Part shown: piece after piece, positions 41,199 through 51,496 of the stretch
How the letters are laid out: each line of letters opens with the position of its first letter
How positions within the stretch are numbered: position 1 is the stretch's first letter
NCBI GenBank assembly: GCA_003514055.1
Contig: DOSG01000002.1
Coordinates: 79,825-143,824, forward strand
DNA: 64,000 nt
Source: Candidatus Yanofskybacteria bacterium
GTDB taxonomy: Bacteria > Patescibacteriota > Minisyncoccia > 2-02-FULL-40-12 > GWA2-44-9
Reading direction: 5' to 3'
Position numbers and translations under genes: made by a program
Notes under the pieces: generated by a model
Told to the model about the DNA's origin: nothing
Database searches by the model: none
What the model saw: only the letters and a program-made list of their open reading frames with translations

Positions 41199-41447
41199 AT
41201 GGGAATTATATTATGGATCATATTCGGCGCATTAGTTGGCTGGGTGGCTTCTATGATAATGAAGACCGACGCTGAGCAGGGAGCATTGTTAAATATAGCA
41301 GTGGGTATCGTCGGAGCAGTTATAGGTGGTTGGTTGATGAGCGTTATCGGAGCAAGTGGTGTTGGGGGATTTAATCTATACAGTTTTGTGGTGGCATTGA
41401 TTGGTGCGTGTGTATTAATCGCAATAGTGAAAGCATTACGTCGCTAA
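41199..41447 (+). CDS. GlsB/YeaQ/YmgE family membrane protein
   Basis: WIIFGALVGWVA..NIAVGIVGAVIGG. Confidence 0.9.
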   Translation: MGIILWIIFGALVGWVASMIMKTDAEQGALLNIAVGIVGAVIGGWLMSVIGASGVGGFNLYSFVVALIGACVLIAIVKALRR

Positions 41448-41475
41448 AAAATATTAACAACATAACATTAAAAAT

Positions 41476-41826
41476 ATGGACTCATACAATTCTCCAACTA
41501 CGAAGCCGTTATTTAGAGGCGCTCAGGTCGTGTGGTACATTTTATCGATTTTAGAGGTGCTGCTTGCTTTTCGTCTTATATTAAAATTGATGGCAGCAAA
41601 TCCTGGCGCGGGCTTTACGAATCTTATCTATTCTGTGACTTGGCCATTTATCGCACCTTTTCTAGCGGTGTTTCCAAAGACTGTTGTAGAAAGTAGCGTC
41701 TTCGAATGGACTACTCTTCTCGCTATGTTTGTATATTGGATGATAGCCATGGCAATCATTAGATTATTTCTAATGAGCAAGACCGTATCAACTCCAGAAG
41801 CAGCAGCCAAGCTTAACGAAAAATAA
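41476..41826 (+). CDS. YggT-like membrane protein
   Basis: LLAFRLILKL..AN...F..LIY.VT.PFIAPF. Confidence 0.75.
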   Translation: MDSYNSPTTKPLFRGAQVVWYILSILEVLLAFRLILKLMAANPGAGFTNLIYSVTWPFIAPFLAVFPKTVVESSVFEWTTLLAMFVYWMIAMAIIRLFLMSKTVSTPEAAAKLNEK

Positions 41827-41830
41827 TATC

Positions 41831-42700
41831 ATGAAAATATTTGGAAAAATTTTGATGGTCGCGCTGGTAGTTTCTTTTGTCCTTGACGTGTCTGGGGCTA
41901 GTCTAGCTGCGACTACGATAAATCTTGGCGCGGCTGGTAATTTTGCAGTACTCGGAAGTTCAACGATTACCAATATCGGGTCTACTGTTGTAAACGGAGA
42001 CCTAGGATTGAATCCTGGTGCTTCGGTTACGGGATTTCCGCCTGGAGTAGTCAATGGTACGCAGCACATAACTGATGGCGTGGCTGCTCAGGCGCAGATA
42101 GACCTAGTTACGGCTTATAATTTGGCTAGCACGCAAGCTGGTGCCGTAATAATATCTGGCGATCTGGGTGGATTGACCCTGACGCCGGGAGTATATAATT
42201 CTGCGACATCAATCGGCCTTACTGGCGGATTAACCCTAGATGGTCAGGGGAACCAAAATGCAGTGTTTATTTTTCAGATTGGCTCTACGCTAACTACAGC
42301 ATCGGGAAGTACGATAAATCTTATAAATGGCGCTCAAGCTTGTAACGTTTTTTGGCAAGTTGGTTCTTCTGCTACACTAGGAACAAATTCAAGCTTTTCC
42401 GGGACTATCTTGGCATTCGCGTCTGTCACGGCGACTACTGGTGCGTCAATCAACGGCAGGGTGTTGGCACGGAATGGCGCGGTAACTCTCGACACAAGCC
42501 CGATCACTAGGCCAGTATGTATAGTAGCGACACCAACGCCAACTTCTTCGTCAACGCCGATACCAACGGTATCGCCTACAATAACACCAACTCCAACACC
42601 TTCGCCAACACCGACAGCGTCGCCTACGGTAACTCCGGCTCCTACGGTTACCCCAACTCCAACACCGAAGTTGCCAAATACGGGTTTCGGCCCAAATTAA
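41831..42700 (+). CDS. DUF3494 ice-binding-like protein with Pro/Thr linker and LPNTG
   Basis: LG.AGNFAVL, TLTPGVY, FIFQIGSTLTT, NVFWQVGSSATLG, NGRVLA. Confidence 0.9.
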   Translation: MKIFGKILMVALVVSFVLDVSGASLAATTINLGAAGNFAVLGSSTITNIGSTVVNGDLGLNPGASVTGFPPGVVNGTQHITDGVAAQAQIDLVTAYNLASTQAGAVIISGDLGGLTLTPGVYNSATSIGLTGGLTLDGQGNQNAVFIFQIGSTLTTASGSTINLINGAQACNVFWQVGSSATLGTNSSFSGTILAFASVTATTGASINGRVLARNGAVTLDTSPITRPVCIVATPTPTSSSTPIPTVSPTITPTPTPSPTPTASPTVTPAPTVTPTPTPKLPNTGFGPN

Positions 42701-42748
42701 GTAAATCTTCTCTGGTAGTGTCAGGCGTGAATTTAATTATATAAATAT

Positions 42749-43309
42749 TTGTATACACGAATTATAAGATGGTGGTTATCGGGTATAGTTTTACTTGGAC
42801 TTCCGGCCATATTTTTTATATATAGTTTGGCATATCCCGGGTTAAATCAAAAAGGCGATAGAATTGGGATCCCAGTACGGATTAAAATCGTAAGCATTGG
42901 TGTTGATGCGGTGATTGAGCAGGTGGCGATAACAGATGATGGGCTCATGGATGTTCCAAAGTTCCCGGTAAATACTGGATGGTATAGTTTGGGCCCTCGT
43001 CCAGGAGAAAGCGGCAGTGCGGTGATTGATGGTCATGTCGACGATGAACGTGGCGATAAGGCAGTATTCTCAGATTTACATAATCTAAGACCGGGAGATA
43101 AGATTGAGGTTCAAGACGATAGGGGCTTGCTAGTGTCATTTATAGTGCGCGAAAGTCGTCGATATGATCCAGATGCAGACTCTTCTGAAATATTTATATC
43201 CAATGATGAAAGATCGCACCTAAATCTAATTACCTGTGAAGGTACTTGGGACGAAGCATCTAAAAGCTATTCCCAACGATTAGTGGTATTTACCGACAGA
43301 GAGATGTGA
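42749..43309 (+). CDS. Class F sortase
   Basis: GWY..GPRPGE.GSAVIDGHVD, LNLITC, RLVVF. Confidence 0.9.
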   Translation: MYTRIIRWWLSGIVLLGLPAIFFIYSLAYPGLNQKGDRIGIPVRIKIVSIGVDAVIEQVAITDDGLMDVPKFPVNTGWYSLGPRPGESGSAVIDGHVDDERGDKAVFSDLHNLRPGDKIEVQDDRGLLVSFIVRESRRYDPDADSSEIFISNDERSHLNLITCEGTWDEASKSYSQRLVVFTDREM

Positions 43310-43369
43310 GCCAAGATTTAATCCCAGGGATTCCCATGGCACATAATCTGTGTTATAATAAGAGTCAAA

Positions 43370-44503
43370 ATGAGAATAGCTACCAACGTAACTAGAGAAT
43401 ATCTTGGAGGTATAACTCGGTCAAACATCAATTTTTTAGATTCAATCCACGGAGAAGGAGATGGTGTAATTGGCCTTGAGTTAAATGCAAAAAGATACGT
43501 ACTTGAGCCTACGATGTTTCGACATCTTTCTTTGGATTGGTTTGCGCATCACATTATAAACATTCACGACATCTCGATATATAAAGCTATATATAGCTCT
43601 AAATCTCTGGGAGACCTCGAGAAAAAGTATAGGGCTATCATAAATATAATTAAAGATATTCTGGCCAAGGATAAGCCAGATGTCGTATTTTTGAATGGGA
43701 CATATTATGTACCATGGCTGATTTCCATAGCCGCCCACGAGTTAAAAATACCAATAGTGTTGCGGTATGCGGGAGTATATACAAAAGAGACAGAGCATCT
43801 CAAGCCGAAGCTTAGGAAGTTTTTCAATCAGATAGAGAAATCATTTAGAAAGAGGGTGAGCCGCTTCGTTTTCCCGTCGCGTTTATGCAAGGACCTTGTT
43901 GAGAAAGAAATATATAAAGGAGAGATTGAGAATGCCTTTATAATTCCCAACTCATTTAACGTGAAAGAGGACTATACGATTTTTAGGACGACCGAAAGGA
44001 GGATCGCTGCCATTGGTAGGTGGGATAGCATAAAGAATTTTAAAGCCTTTTTTGATATTCACAAGGCATTACAAAAAGATGGTTGGAGGCACGAGGCATC
44101 GTTTGTAACTAGCGACTCAAAAATAATGGGGATGCCGAAGAGCATAAATAGACTCGCCTCGATGACTCATGAAGAGTTGTTGAATTTCTATTCTGCCCAG
44201 GGACTAATTATCTGCCCTTCTATATTTGAGACATTTGGTAACGTCCCGATGGAGGCGGTCTGCATGGGGATACCCGTCCTTGTAAGCGAGAACATGGGAT
44301 GTGCCGAAATATTAAAAATAGCCGGTCTGGAGAATATGGTGATTTCTTTTAAAGATATGAAGGAGGTTACGAAGAGAGTTAAACTACTTTGTGGACAGCA
44401 AATAATGCCTAAGCAGATAAATAATGTTCGAAAGATTCTCAATTCTAAGTTAATAAATGCTGAAATAGTAGCGATTCTTAGGGATGCCATTAGTCATAAG
44501 TAG
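43370..44503 (+). CDS. Glycosyltransferase family 4
   Basis: PSIFETFGNVPMEA..G.PV. Confidence 0.85.
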   Translation: MRIATNVTREYLGGITRSNINFLDSIHGEGDGVIGLELNAKRYVLEPTMFRHLSLDWFAHHIINIHDISIYKAIYSSKSLGDLEKKYRAIINIIKDILAKDKPDVVFLNGTYYVPWLISIAAHELKIPIVLRYAGVYTKETEHLKPKLRKFFNQIEKSFRKRVSRFVFPSRLCKDLVEKEIYKGEIENAFIIPNSFNVKEDYTIFRTTERRIAAIGRWDSIKNFKAFFDIHKALQKDGWRHEASFVTSDSKIMGMPKSINRLASMTHEELLNFYSAQGLIICPSIFETFGNVPMEAVCMGIPVLVSENMGCAEILKIAGLENMVISFKDMKEVTKRVKLLCGQQIMPKQINNVRKILNSKLINAEIVAILRDAISHK

Positions 44504-44618
44504 GTCTCAATATTTTCAAATTAACGGGCTAAGCTTAGGTATTAAAAAAAGCCATTTAAAAATGGCTTTTGGCGTTTTTATATTAGAAATATTTGGGGGA
44601 AAGTGGTTAAATTGATGT

Positions 44619-45572
44619 ATGGAAATCCAAAAGAAACGGCTGGAAGAAATACAGAAGGTACTTGTTCGGACATTCTTTATGAATTTGGTGGCCTGTTTAA
44701 TCAAGATAGTTCTCGGATTTTATACTGGCATTTTAGCAATTGCAGCGGATGGATTTCATTCTCTTGGAGACTCGCTGTCTAATATAATTGGATTTTTGGG
44801 TATACGATTGGCGAAGAAGAAGCCCGACGATAAATACGCCTATGGTTATGACAAATTCGAATCCTTCGTAACGCTTTTAATTGTTTCGATAATATCTGTT
44901 ACTTGCTATAAGATTTTCGAAGGTGGCATTCATCGTCTGATGCATCCGCAGGAGATTCAGGTCAATCCATTTATGATGATAATCGTTGTGGCTTCTATAG
45001 GTATAAACATTATCACTATTTGGTATGAAGGTGGGGCCGGCAGAAGTTTAAAAAGTGAGTTCTTGATCGCAGATTCTAATGAAACCAAGAGCGATCTGTG
45101 GGTTTCGAGTCTAGTCGTTGCTGGCGTTCTGATAATTAGCAGGATCGGATGGAATTGGCTAGATGGGGCACTATCATTACTAGTCGGCCTGTTTGTGCTG
45201 AGGGTTATATGGGAAATAATCGTGTCTACCGCTAAGACTTTGGCTGATGGCCAAGTCGTATCACCTTCTGCGGTAACTAAAATAGTTCTAGCCGTACCTG
45301 GCGTAGAATTTTGTCATGCGGTTCGTTCGAGGGGCAGGGAAGAAGCATTTTATTTAGATTTGCACTTGGGCACAAATAAGGATTTAACGATTGAGGAGGC
45401 CCACGATGATATTTGTCATCAGGCTAAAATTGCCCTACATAAGGCATTCCCAGGTCTCAAATCGGCAAATATTCATATCGAACCAGATAATGAAGATGGC
45501 AGAGGAAGAGCCAATAGTGTCTTTAGAAAACGCGACTCCTATAATCACGGCAAGGAGTTGCTGGCGAAATAA
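44619..45572 (+). CDS. Cation diffusion facilitator transporter
   Basis: ADGFHSLGD, KKPD..Y.YG..K.E, IHIEP. Confidence 0.9.
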   Translation: MEIQKKRLEEIQKVLVRTFFMNLVACLIKIVLGFYTGILAIAADGFHSLGDSLSNIIGFLGIRLAKKKPDDKYAYGYDKFESFVTLLIVSIISVTCYKIFEGGIHRLMHPQEIQVNPFMMIIVVASIGINIITIWYEGGAGRSLKSEFLIADSNETKSDLWVSSLVVAGVLIISRIGWNWLDGALSLLVGLFVLRVIWEIIVSTAKTLADGQVVSPSAVTKIVLAVPGVEFCHAVRSRGREEAFYLDLHLGTNKDLTIEEAHDDICHQAKIALHKAFPGLKSANIHIEPDNEDGRGRANSVFRKRDSYNHGKELLAK

Positions 45573-45611
45573 CTTGTGGACGAAAATTTACGTTAGTGAT
45601 TAAATATAATT

Positions 45612-45950
45612 ATGAGTGAAAAAACACCGGATACATTTGAGCAAAAAGTTGAGCACATCCCTACGCCAGACGAGGTTAGTGAGATAATAAGGCAGATGGT
45701 AGGAGGGGAATTTCAGGAGACTAAGAGATGTTTAGACGCTAAGGGTAATTTGTATCGAATCGATGCGATTGCTCCAGGAACAAGAGAAGGCGAGTCTCTG
45801 GAGATATTTTATATAAGGAAAGGAGTTTATCCGAGCGGTGATCAAGCGGCAGAGACGGAAATTCATAGCGTCTATGTTGGAGATGATTATTGCGGACCGG
45901 CAGGCCCGCAAGCCTCATTAGCTGATGGTCAGTGGGTGCTGACTAGCTAA
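45612..45950 (+). CDS. Hypothetical protein
   Basis: 112-aa acidic ORF. Confidence 0.6.
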   Translation: MSEKTPDTFEQKVEHIPTPDEVSEIIRQMVGGEFQETKRCLDAKGNLYRIDAIAPGTREGESLEIFYIRKGVYPSGDQAAETEIHSVYVGDDYCGPAGPQASLADGQWVLTS

Positions 45951-46085
45951 CGAGAGGCATTACGCCCTCGAAAGCGTAACGATAGACTTGACGAATACCA
46001 CGTAGGTGGTATTTTAGTTTAAGCTCATTATCGTGGAAGGCGAAGATTATGAAGACAATCGCAAATCCTTCTTTCGAGAAGACTT

Positions 46086-46415
46086 ATGGCACATAAGCCA
46101 ATTGCTCCTAGAGCCTCAAGGCGTGTAGGAAGTTTTTTGGTGATAATGATTACTAGAGCGATCAGCAGGTACATCGCTCAAGTGATTGAGGAAGAACCTC
46201 TAGTATTGAAAGTTGAAGAATCGGGGCCCTACTCTAGATTAAAAGGTGAAGACTTTGTAATAATGGAGAATGATTCTCTGCGAGCTCAAGGAGATGATGA
46301 GACTGCACAAGAACTTCTTCGAGAAGCGGTTCGACGTGGCAAACCGCTTCGTTCTGGCCTGAAAAGCCTAGGAGTTAAGAATGGAAAATTGCATGAGATT
46401 CTGCCAGTAGAGTAA
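46086..46415 (+). CDS. Hypothetical protein
   Basis: Downstream of the palindromic promoter at 45988. Confidence 0.5.
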   Translation: MAHKPIAPRASRRVGSFLVIMITRAISRYIAQVIEEEPLVLKVEESGPYSRLKGEDFVIMENDSLRAQGDDETAQELLREAVRRGKPLRSGLKSLGVKNGKLHEILPVE

Positions 46416-46535
46416 TCTCTTTTTTGTTGATGGGGTCCGTGCCCTGCATGCAAAAGGCTTTGCCTTTTGCATGCAGGGTCTTTTTGTTTCTATATTTGTG
46501 ATAGAATTATGTACATACTGAGTAGTTAATATTTA

Positions 46536-46655
46536 ATGAAAAACTGGCTAAGATCTAACTCGCTAGGCATTCTATTAATTATTGTGGCCGTTGCCATTTT
46601 AGTTGGCATAGTTTTTTTGGCAACCAGTCGAAATTTATCTGCTGTGATTTTTTAA
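46536..46655 (+). CDS. 39-aa single-TM peptide (not in ORF track)
   Basis: MKNWLRSNSLGILLIIVAVAILVGIVFLATSRNLSAVIF. Confidence 0.45.
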   Translation: MKNWLRSNSLGILLIIVAVAILVGIVFLATSRNLSAVIF

Positions 46656-46703
46656 TCGCCAACGGTTGCCAATAATTTAAAAAAACGGTAGACTGTTGAT
46701 ATT

Positions 46704-46826
46704 ATGGCAAAACGAAAAGGAGCATTGAGCAGTCTGAACAGGAAGTCGCATTCTCACAAGACTAAGAAACGTCTTGCGGCAAAAGCGCTTCTGTTAGCTA
46801 AGATAGCCGCTAAAAGACGGAAATAG
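46704..46826 (+). CDS. 40-aa highly basic protein (not in ORF track)
   Basis: MAKRKGALSSLNRKSHSHKTKKRLAAKALLLAKIAAKRRK; hairpin follows. Confidence 0.55.
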   Translation: MAKRKGALSSLNRKSHSHKTKKRLAAKALLLAKIAAKRRK

Positions 46827-46993
46827 ACTTTAGCTTTTAAGTAAATAAAACGGCCTTTTAGGGCGTTTTATTGTTGATTTTGGTTCAAATAGTCAAGACA
46901 ATTGACAAAATAAGATAAATGGAGCATTATTGATATACAAAGAGACGTGGTCGGGTTTCTAAAAAAATAAAAAGAGTTATACAATTTAAAAAA

Positions 46994-47194
46994 ATGACTG
47001 GAACAATTAAGACACTTACGGAAAAAGGTTTTGGATTTATCTCTCGCGAAGGTGAAACGAAAGATCTTTTCTTTCACTCTAACGATTTGGTAGGCGTAAC
47101 CTATGCCGAGCTGAGACTTGGCGATAGCGTCACCTTTGATGTCGTTGATGGCGACAAGGGACCTAGCGCTAAGAATGTAGCAAAGGCTCAGTAA
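46994..47194 (+). CDS. Cold-shock domain protein
   Basis: KGFGFI, DLFFH, KGPSAKNV. Confidence 0.93.
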   Translation: MTGTIKTLTEKGFGFISREGETKDLFFHSNDLVGVTYAELRLGDSVTFDVVDGDKGPSAKNVAKAQ

Positions 47195-47370
47195 ACCGAT
47201 TTAAAAAACCAGCCCCCCAGTCGGGGGCTGGTTTTTTATTATCTAAAATTCGTCGAGATAGTAGTATCTATACAAGATTAGTGGAGCCGTCGGATATGAC
47301 GGCTTTTATGTTTAGGTGAGCCTTATTGATTCTTCTCGTGATAGTATTAGGATATATCTAGATAATTGGC

Positions 47371-47652
47371 ATGGAGACTGGCATGGCCTTAGCACCTTTC
47401 ATGGTGATCACATTCCTAGTTTGCTTAGTAGTCGCGTATCTATATATGACGATTAAGTGTTTTGCTCAAAAGAGATATAGTTCGGCGGCGAATCTAATAT
47501 TGCGCATGTTTGCGAACATTACGTGTGAGCCTTGTAGGGAGAGTTGCGATAATCATAAAAAACTTATCGCTCGAGCCATATTGTTCTCATTGCTTATGGC
47601 TATTGTCCTCACTCTTACTGTTTATCTTGCCATCACCTATTCTGCTCGCTAA
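47371..47652 (+). CDS. Hypothetical membrane protein
   Basis: Two TM helices, CEPC. Confidence 0.5.
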   Translation: METGMALAPFMVITFLVCLVVAYLYMTIKCFAQKRYSSAANLILRMFANITCEPCRESCDNHKKLIARAILFSLLMAIVLTLTVYLAITYSAR

Positions 47653-47843
47653 CCACCTTGCCTAGGTGGTTTTATGTTTAACTGGTAGTATGTCGCAGTT
47701 TATGGCCAGATTTTTTATTTCATTGCGAGCCGCTTGTAATATAGAAATAACGTGGTATAATGCGGCCGTGATTCGTGTTGGTTCGTAAGCAACTTGGGTG
47801 ACTACTACCAGAGGCCAGATGCCTAAAAAGTAGTGGAGGAATT

Positions 47844-48359
47844 ATGGAAAGACTAAAACGGTTGATGGCCGAAGCCGAGGCTCTCATCATCGGGTCCGAT
47901 GATGAGCCGAATAGCGGCAAGAATTTCGATGACGTGGTCATCGGTGTCTTGCCGGATGGGCTGAAGAGGCTCGGTGTCCTCATCGGGCGCAAGTACGACC
48001 AGATCAAGGCGATGGTCAGGGAGGGTATCCACCTGTGTGACGCCGACGAGGGCCTTGAGCCCCACGAACACACGTCGGAACACAAGGAGTTCCACGCGAA
48101 GGTCCGCGCCGCCGAGGCGGAGCTGAAGTTCGTCAAGGATCTCTTCTGGGGTCTGGTGAAGATCGAATTCCCGGACGCCAACGACAAGGGAGAGCTGCTC
48201 GTTTGCATCGGCTTCGAGTTGGTGGCGAGGAAGAGCGAACCGAAACTCGACGGTTTGCGCCAGACACTGAATGCCATGGGCGTCGACTTCAAGGTTGTGC
48301 GTGCGTCTGTGGGCGACACGCCTCAGATCTTGGTGCCTGGATCCAAGGCCCGCAACTAG
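47844..48359 (+). CDS. GC-rich hypothetical protein
   Basis: GGAGG RBS, TGGTATAAT promoter, long terminator hairpin. Confidence 0.7.
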   Translation: MERLKRLMAEAEALIIGSDDEPNSGKNFDDVVIGVLPDGLKRLGVLIGRKYDQIKAMVREGIHLCDADEGLEPHEHTSEHKEFHAKVRAAEAELKFVKDLFWGLVKIEFPDANDKGELLVCIGFELVARKSEPKLDGLRQTLNAMGVDFKVVRASVGDTPQILVPGSKARN

Positions 48360-48507
48360 TCAGCGCGGGGTCTATTCAATCCCATGGTAGACGAAGCTTC
48401 GAGCTCCGTCTACCATGGGATTTTTACTTTTTAGGCTCATTTATGGACACGTATTGTAAAATGTGGGCTATTAGTGTAGTCTATGGCTATATAAATTAAA
48501 CAAAAAC

Positions 48508-49830
48508 ATGAAAAACACAGCAGTATTCCTATTAATCTTGGTCGTTATTACAGGAGGAATCTTTAGTAATTCGTTAATCGCCAGCGCTTCGGTGCCAACA
48601 TTATCAATCAATCCGACTGGTAGCGGCGACTCGGTTCAAATAAGTGTGTATGGTGATGCTAATTCAAGCGTGGTTTTGTATTATCAGCAATCAGGCTACT
48701 ACAGTGTCCAATCTCAATATATTGGATCGACCAATTACAGTGGCTATCTATCGACTACTATTAATAAATCGACATACAATATAAATTCTGGAAGTTCGGT
48801 TTACGTCGTAGTTAATAATCAGCAATCTTCAAGTGCTAATTGGCCATATTCATATGGCTATAATTATGGCGGGACGCCATCTGTCAGTCAGACGAGCATC
48901 TCTTTAACTATCGGGCAATCTACTAACGTGACAGTCTCTGGCGGATCTGCGCCTTATAGTATGTACCCTGGTTCGCCAAATTTGTATCAGGCTTCAATAA
49001 GCGGGAATACGCTTACTCTTGTGGGGCAGAATACGGGCTCAGATACGCTCAGAATTTGTTCTTCGGGAAGCACGACTAGCTGTGCCAATCTTTACATAAA
49101 CATAAATACCAGTGGTACTGGTTATAATAGCCAGGTGTCATTGGGACAAAATAGCGTTTCTATTAATTCTGGAAGCAGTGCCACGATAAGCATTTATGGT
49201 AGCGGAAGCTATTATATATCGAGTAACTCTAATCCTAATATTGCCACTGCCACGATAAGCGGGAATATTATGACCGTTTATGGTGTTAGCTACGGTAGTG
49301 ATAATATCACTGTCTGCCAGAGTGGTGGCCAGTGCGCAGTCTTATACGTATCAGTTGGATATGGGAATAACAACAATTACTCATCCGTATCTTTCAGCCA
49401 GGTGAATCCAGTTCTATCGATTGGACAAGTTATGAATGTGTCAGTCTATGGAGGGGATACTACTAATTACAATGTTGCTTATAATTCTAATACGAGCGTA
49501 GTGCAATCTAGCTTGAGCGGAGGAGCCTTGACGATAACCGGTTTGACCAATGGATCTAGTGCTATCGTTGTCTGTTCGTCGGCCCGTAGCTGTGCGGCAA
49601 TATCTGTGACCGTTGGCTCTGGTAGCGTATTGGGAGCTCAGAATAACTGGACATATTGTGCCGCTGAGAATGGTTATTGTAATTTTTATGGAACTCAGTT
49701 AGTTAGGTACGGAGCGAATGGGGTTTATTATTATAGAACTTTATCTGGCGGTGTCACCTGTACTAACGCCGTATTCGGAGATCCGATATTCGGCGTTGCT
49801 AAGCAATGTAGCTATGGTGGGAGTAGATAG
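48508..49830 (+). CDS. Secreted Ser/Asn/Gly-rich surface protein with Ig-like repeats
   Basis: Signal peptide; ~80-aa repeats with paired Cys; C-terminal CAAENGYC..FGDP..K.C module. Confidence 0.75.
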   Translation: MKNTAVFLLILVVITGGIFSNSLIASASVPTLSINPTGSGDSVQISVYGDANSSVVLYYQQSGYYSVQSQYIGSTNYSGYLSTTINKSTYNINSGSSVYVVVNNQQSSSANWPYSYGYNYGGTPSVSQTSISLTIGQSTNVTVSGGSAPYSMYPGSPNLYQASISGNTLTLVGQNTGSDTLRICSSGSTTSCANLYININTSGTGYNSQVSLGQNSVSINSGSSATISIYGSGSYYISSNSNPNIATATISGNIMTVYGVSYGSDNITVCQSGGQCAVLYVSVGYGNNNNYSSVSFSQVNPVLSIGQVMNVSVYGGDTTNYNVAYNSNTSVVQSSLSGGALTITGLTNGSSAIVVCSSARSCAAISVTVGSGSVLGAQNNWTYCAAENGYCNFYGTQLVRYGANGVYYYRTLSGGVTCTNAVFGDPIFGVAKQCSYGGSR

Positions 49831-49952
49831 GCTTGCCATGACTAATTAAGACAAACAAAAATACCACCGAGGTGGTATTTTTGTTTGTCTTAATATTATT
49901 TGGAAATAACGATAATTACTGGTAAATTAGTTATATAGATTAATATCTTTAC

Positions 49953-50537
49953 GTGAAAATCGAAGACAAAATCGAAGCCCTAGAAGAAGAGCTTAAGCGT
50001 CTAACTAAGCTGGTCTATCACGATGAGCTGACTGGCATATTAAATCGGAGGGGGTTCTCAAAAGAGGCCGAGGAGCAATTTAAAAGTATTTCTCTTGGCG
50101 ATACATTAGTCGAAAGGAGAACGCATAATCAGATTCCGTATGCGGTTATATTTATTGATCTGGATGATTTTAAGAAAATTAATGATACATATGGCCACGC
50201 AATCGGTGATATTGCATTGAAGACCGTATCTAGTGTACTTGCCGAACAGTTACGCGGTGGTGACGTGTTTGGTAGGTGGGGAGGAGAGGAGTTTGTCGTC
50301 GGCTTGTTGGGTGCAAGCGCTGAACTAGCTAGGCATGTTGCTGAGAAATTGCGAGTTGCGATTGAACGATGCGTCATAAAAACAGAAGAGGGGCACTCGA
50401 TCAATTTAAGTGCCAGTTTCGGCGTGAAAGAGCACGATAATGAGAAAAGTGTTTCGGAGATGCTCGATAGTGCGGACGATGCCATGTACGAAGCTAAGAA
50501 AAATGGCAAAAACCGAGTAGTGGTCTATAAAAAATAA
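49953..50537 (+). CDS. Diguanylate cyclase (GGDEF)
   Basis: DELTGILNRR, DLDDFKKINDTYGH, RGGD I-site, RWGGEEF. Confidence 0.93.
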   Translation: MKIEDKIEALEEELKRLTKLVYHDELTGILNRRGFSKEAEEQFKSISLGDTLVERRTHNQIPYAVIFIDLDDFKKINDTYGHAIGDIALKTVSSVLAEQLRGGDVFGRWGGEEFVVGLLGASAELARHVAEKLRVAIERCVIKTEEGHSINLSASFGVKEHDNEKSVSEMLDSADDAMYEAKKNGKNRVVVYKK

Positions 50538-50576
50538 TTTAGCTTATATACGGAATAAAAAACACCCGAAAGGGTG

Positions 50577-50828
50577 TTATAGCCATTTTCTCATTCTCGT
50601 ACATAATACTTTTGCAAGAACTACGAATCCGGCAATGGGTAGGAATATTACGTATACGGCGCCTAGCAAAGGTGCAGAAAATAACGTCTCAATGAGGCTG
50701 AGTCTAAAAAAGATCTGCTTGGGTTCTCCTTCGATGATAGAACCATCTTCAAGAGGAATAAGTTCCCATTTTTTTACGTTAAGATAGTAGCTTCGCTTAG
50801 CAAGCTCGCCACCATGATAGATTCTCAT
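50577..50828 (-). CDS. Small membrane protein
   Basis: GGAGG RBS on the minus strand; APLLGAVYVIFLP. Confidence 0.65.
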   Translation of the reverse strand: MRIYHGGELAKRSYYLNVKKWELIPLEDGSIIEGEPKQIFFRLSLIETLFSAPLLGAVYVIFLPIAGFVVLAKVLCTRMRKWL

Positions 50829-50958
50829 GTACTCCTCCGATGTGAATGTTCTGCCTATACTTTATATCTTATTTTCGAGTATGTAAATTGACTGTGCTGA
50901 GTTCGCGTTTATTGACGAGGGCTGTAGTTATGGTACTTTTTTACATAGACACTTAACA

Positions 50959-51468
50959 ATGCTAGGAGTAGTTATGGATAGCCGCAAAGTCGAAAGACGA
51001 CCTACGCCTATATATGGATTTGGTGTCTTTGCCATTGAAGATATCGAGCCCGGTGAAGTTATAGGGGAATTTCTTGCCGAAATTAGATGGTCAGAAAATG
51101 CCGCATCGTTACCAGTGGATGATTTTTTTTCTGGCAGACATGCTATACAGTTTAGGAAGCATTGGTGGCGAGATGGGCGAGTCGATGGTATCGCCAGATA
51201 CATAGCTCATTCTTGTAACCCAAATTGCGGTATAGTCGATTTGTTCAAAGTAGTTTCAATGAAAAGAATAAAAGCCGGAGAAGAAGTCACTTGGGATTAT
51301 GCCATGACCGAAGAAGAGCATCCACCATTTGAGTGCAAGTGCGGAAGCTCTAATTGTCGCGGAGTAGTATGCGGCTTCCGCCCGATGACATTGGAACAAA
51401 AAGAGGATTTTGTTTCTAGGTGCGGTGGGATGATATCCGATTGGCTACTAACAGAGTATAACCTATAA
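50959..51468 (+). CDS. SET domain lysine methyltransferase
   Basis: GFGVFA, YIAHSCNPN, EEVTWDY, post-SET CKCGSSNCRG. Confidence 0.9.
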   Translation: MLGVVMDSRKVERRPTPIYGFGVFAIEDIEPGEVIGEFLAEIRWSENAASLPVDDFFSGRHAIQFRKHWWRDGRVDGIARYIAHSCNPNCGIVDLFKVVSMKRIKAGEEVTWDYAMTEEEHPPFECKCGSSNCRGVVCGFRPMTLEQKEDFVSRCGGMISDWLLTEYNL

Positions 51469-51496
51469 GGGTAGAGCCACTATGTGGCTCTTTTAA

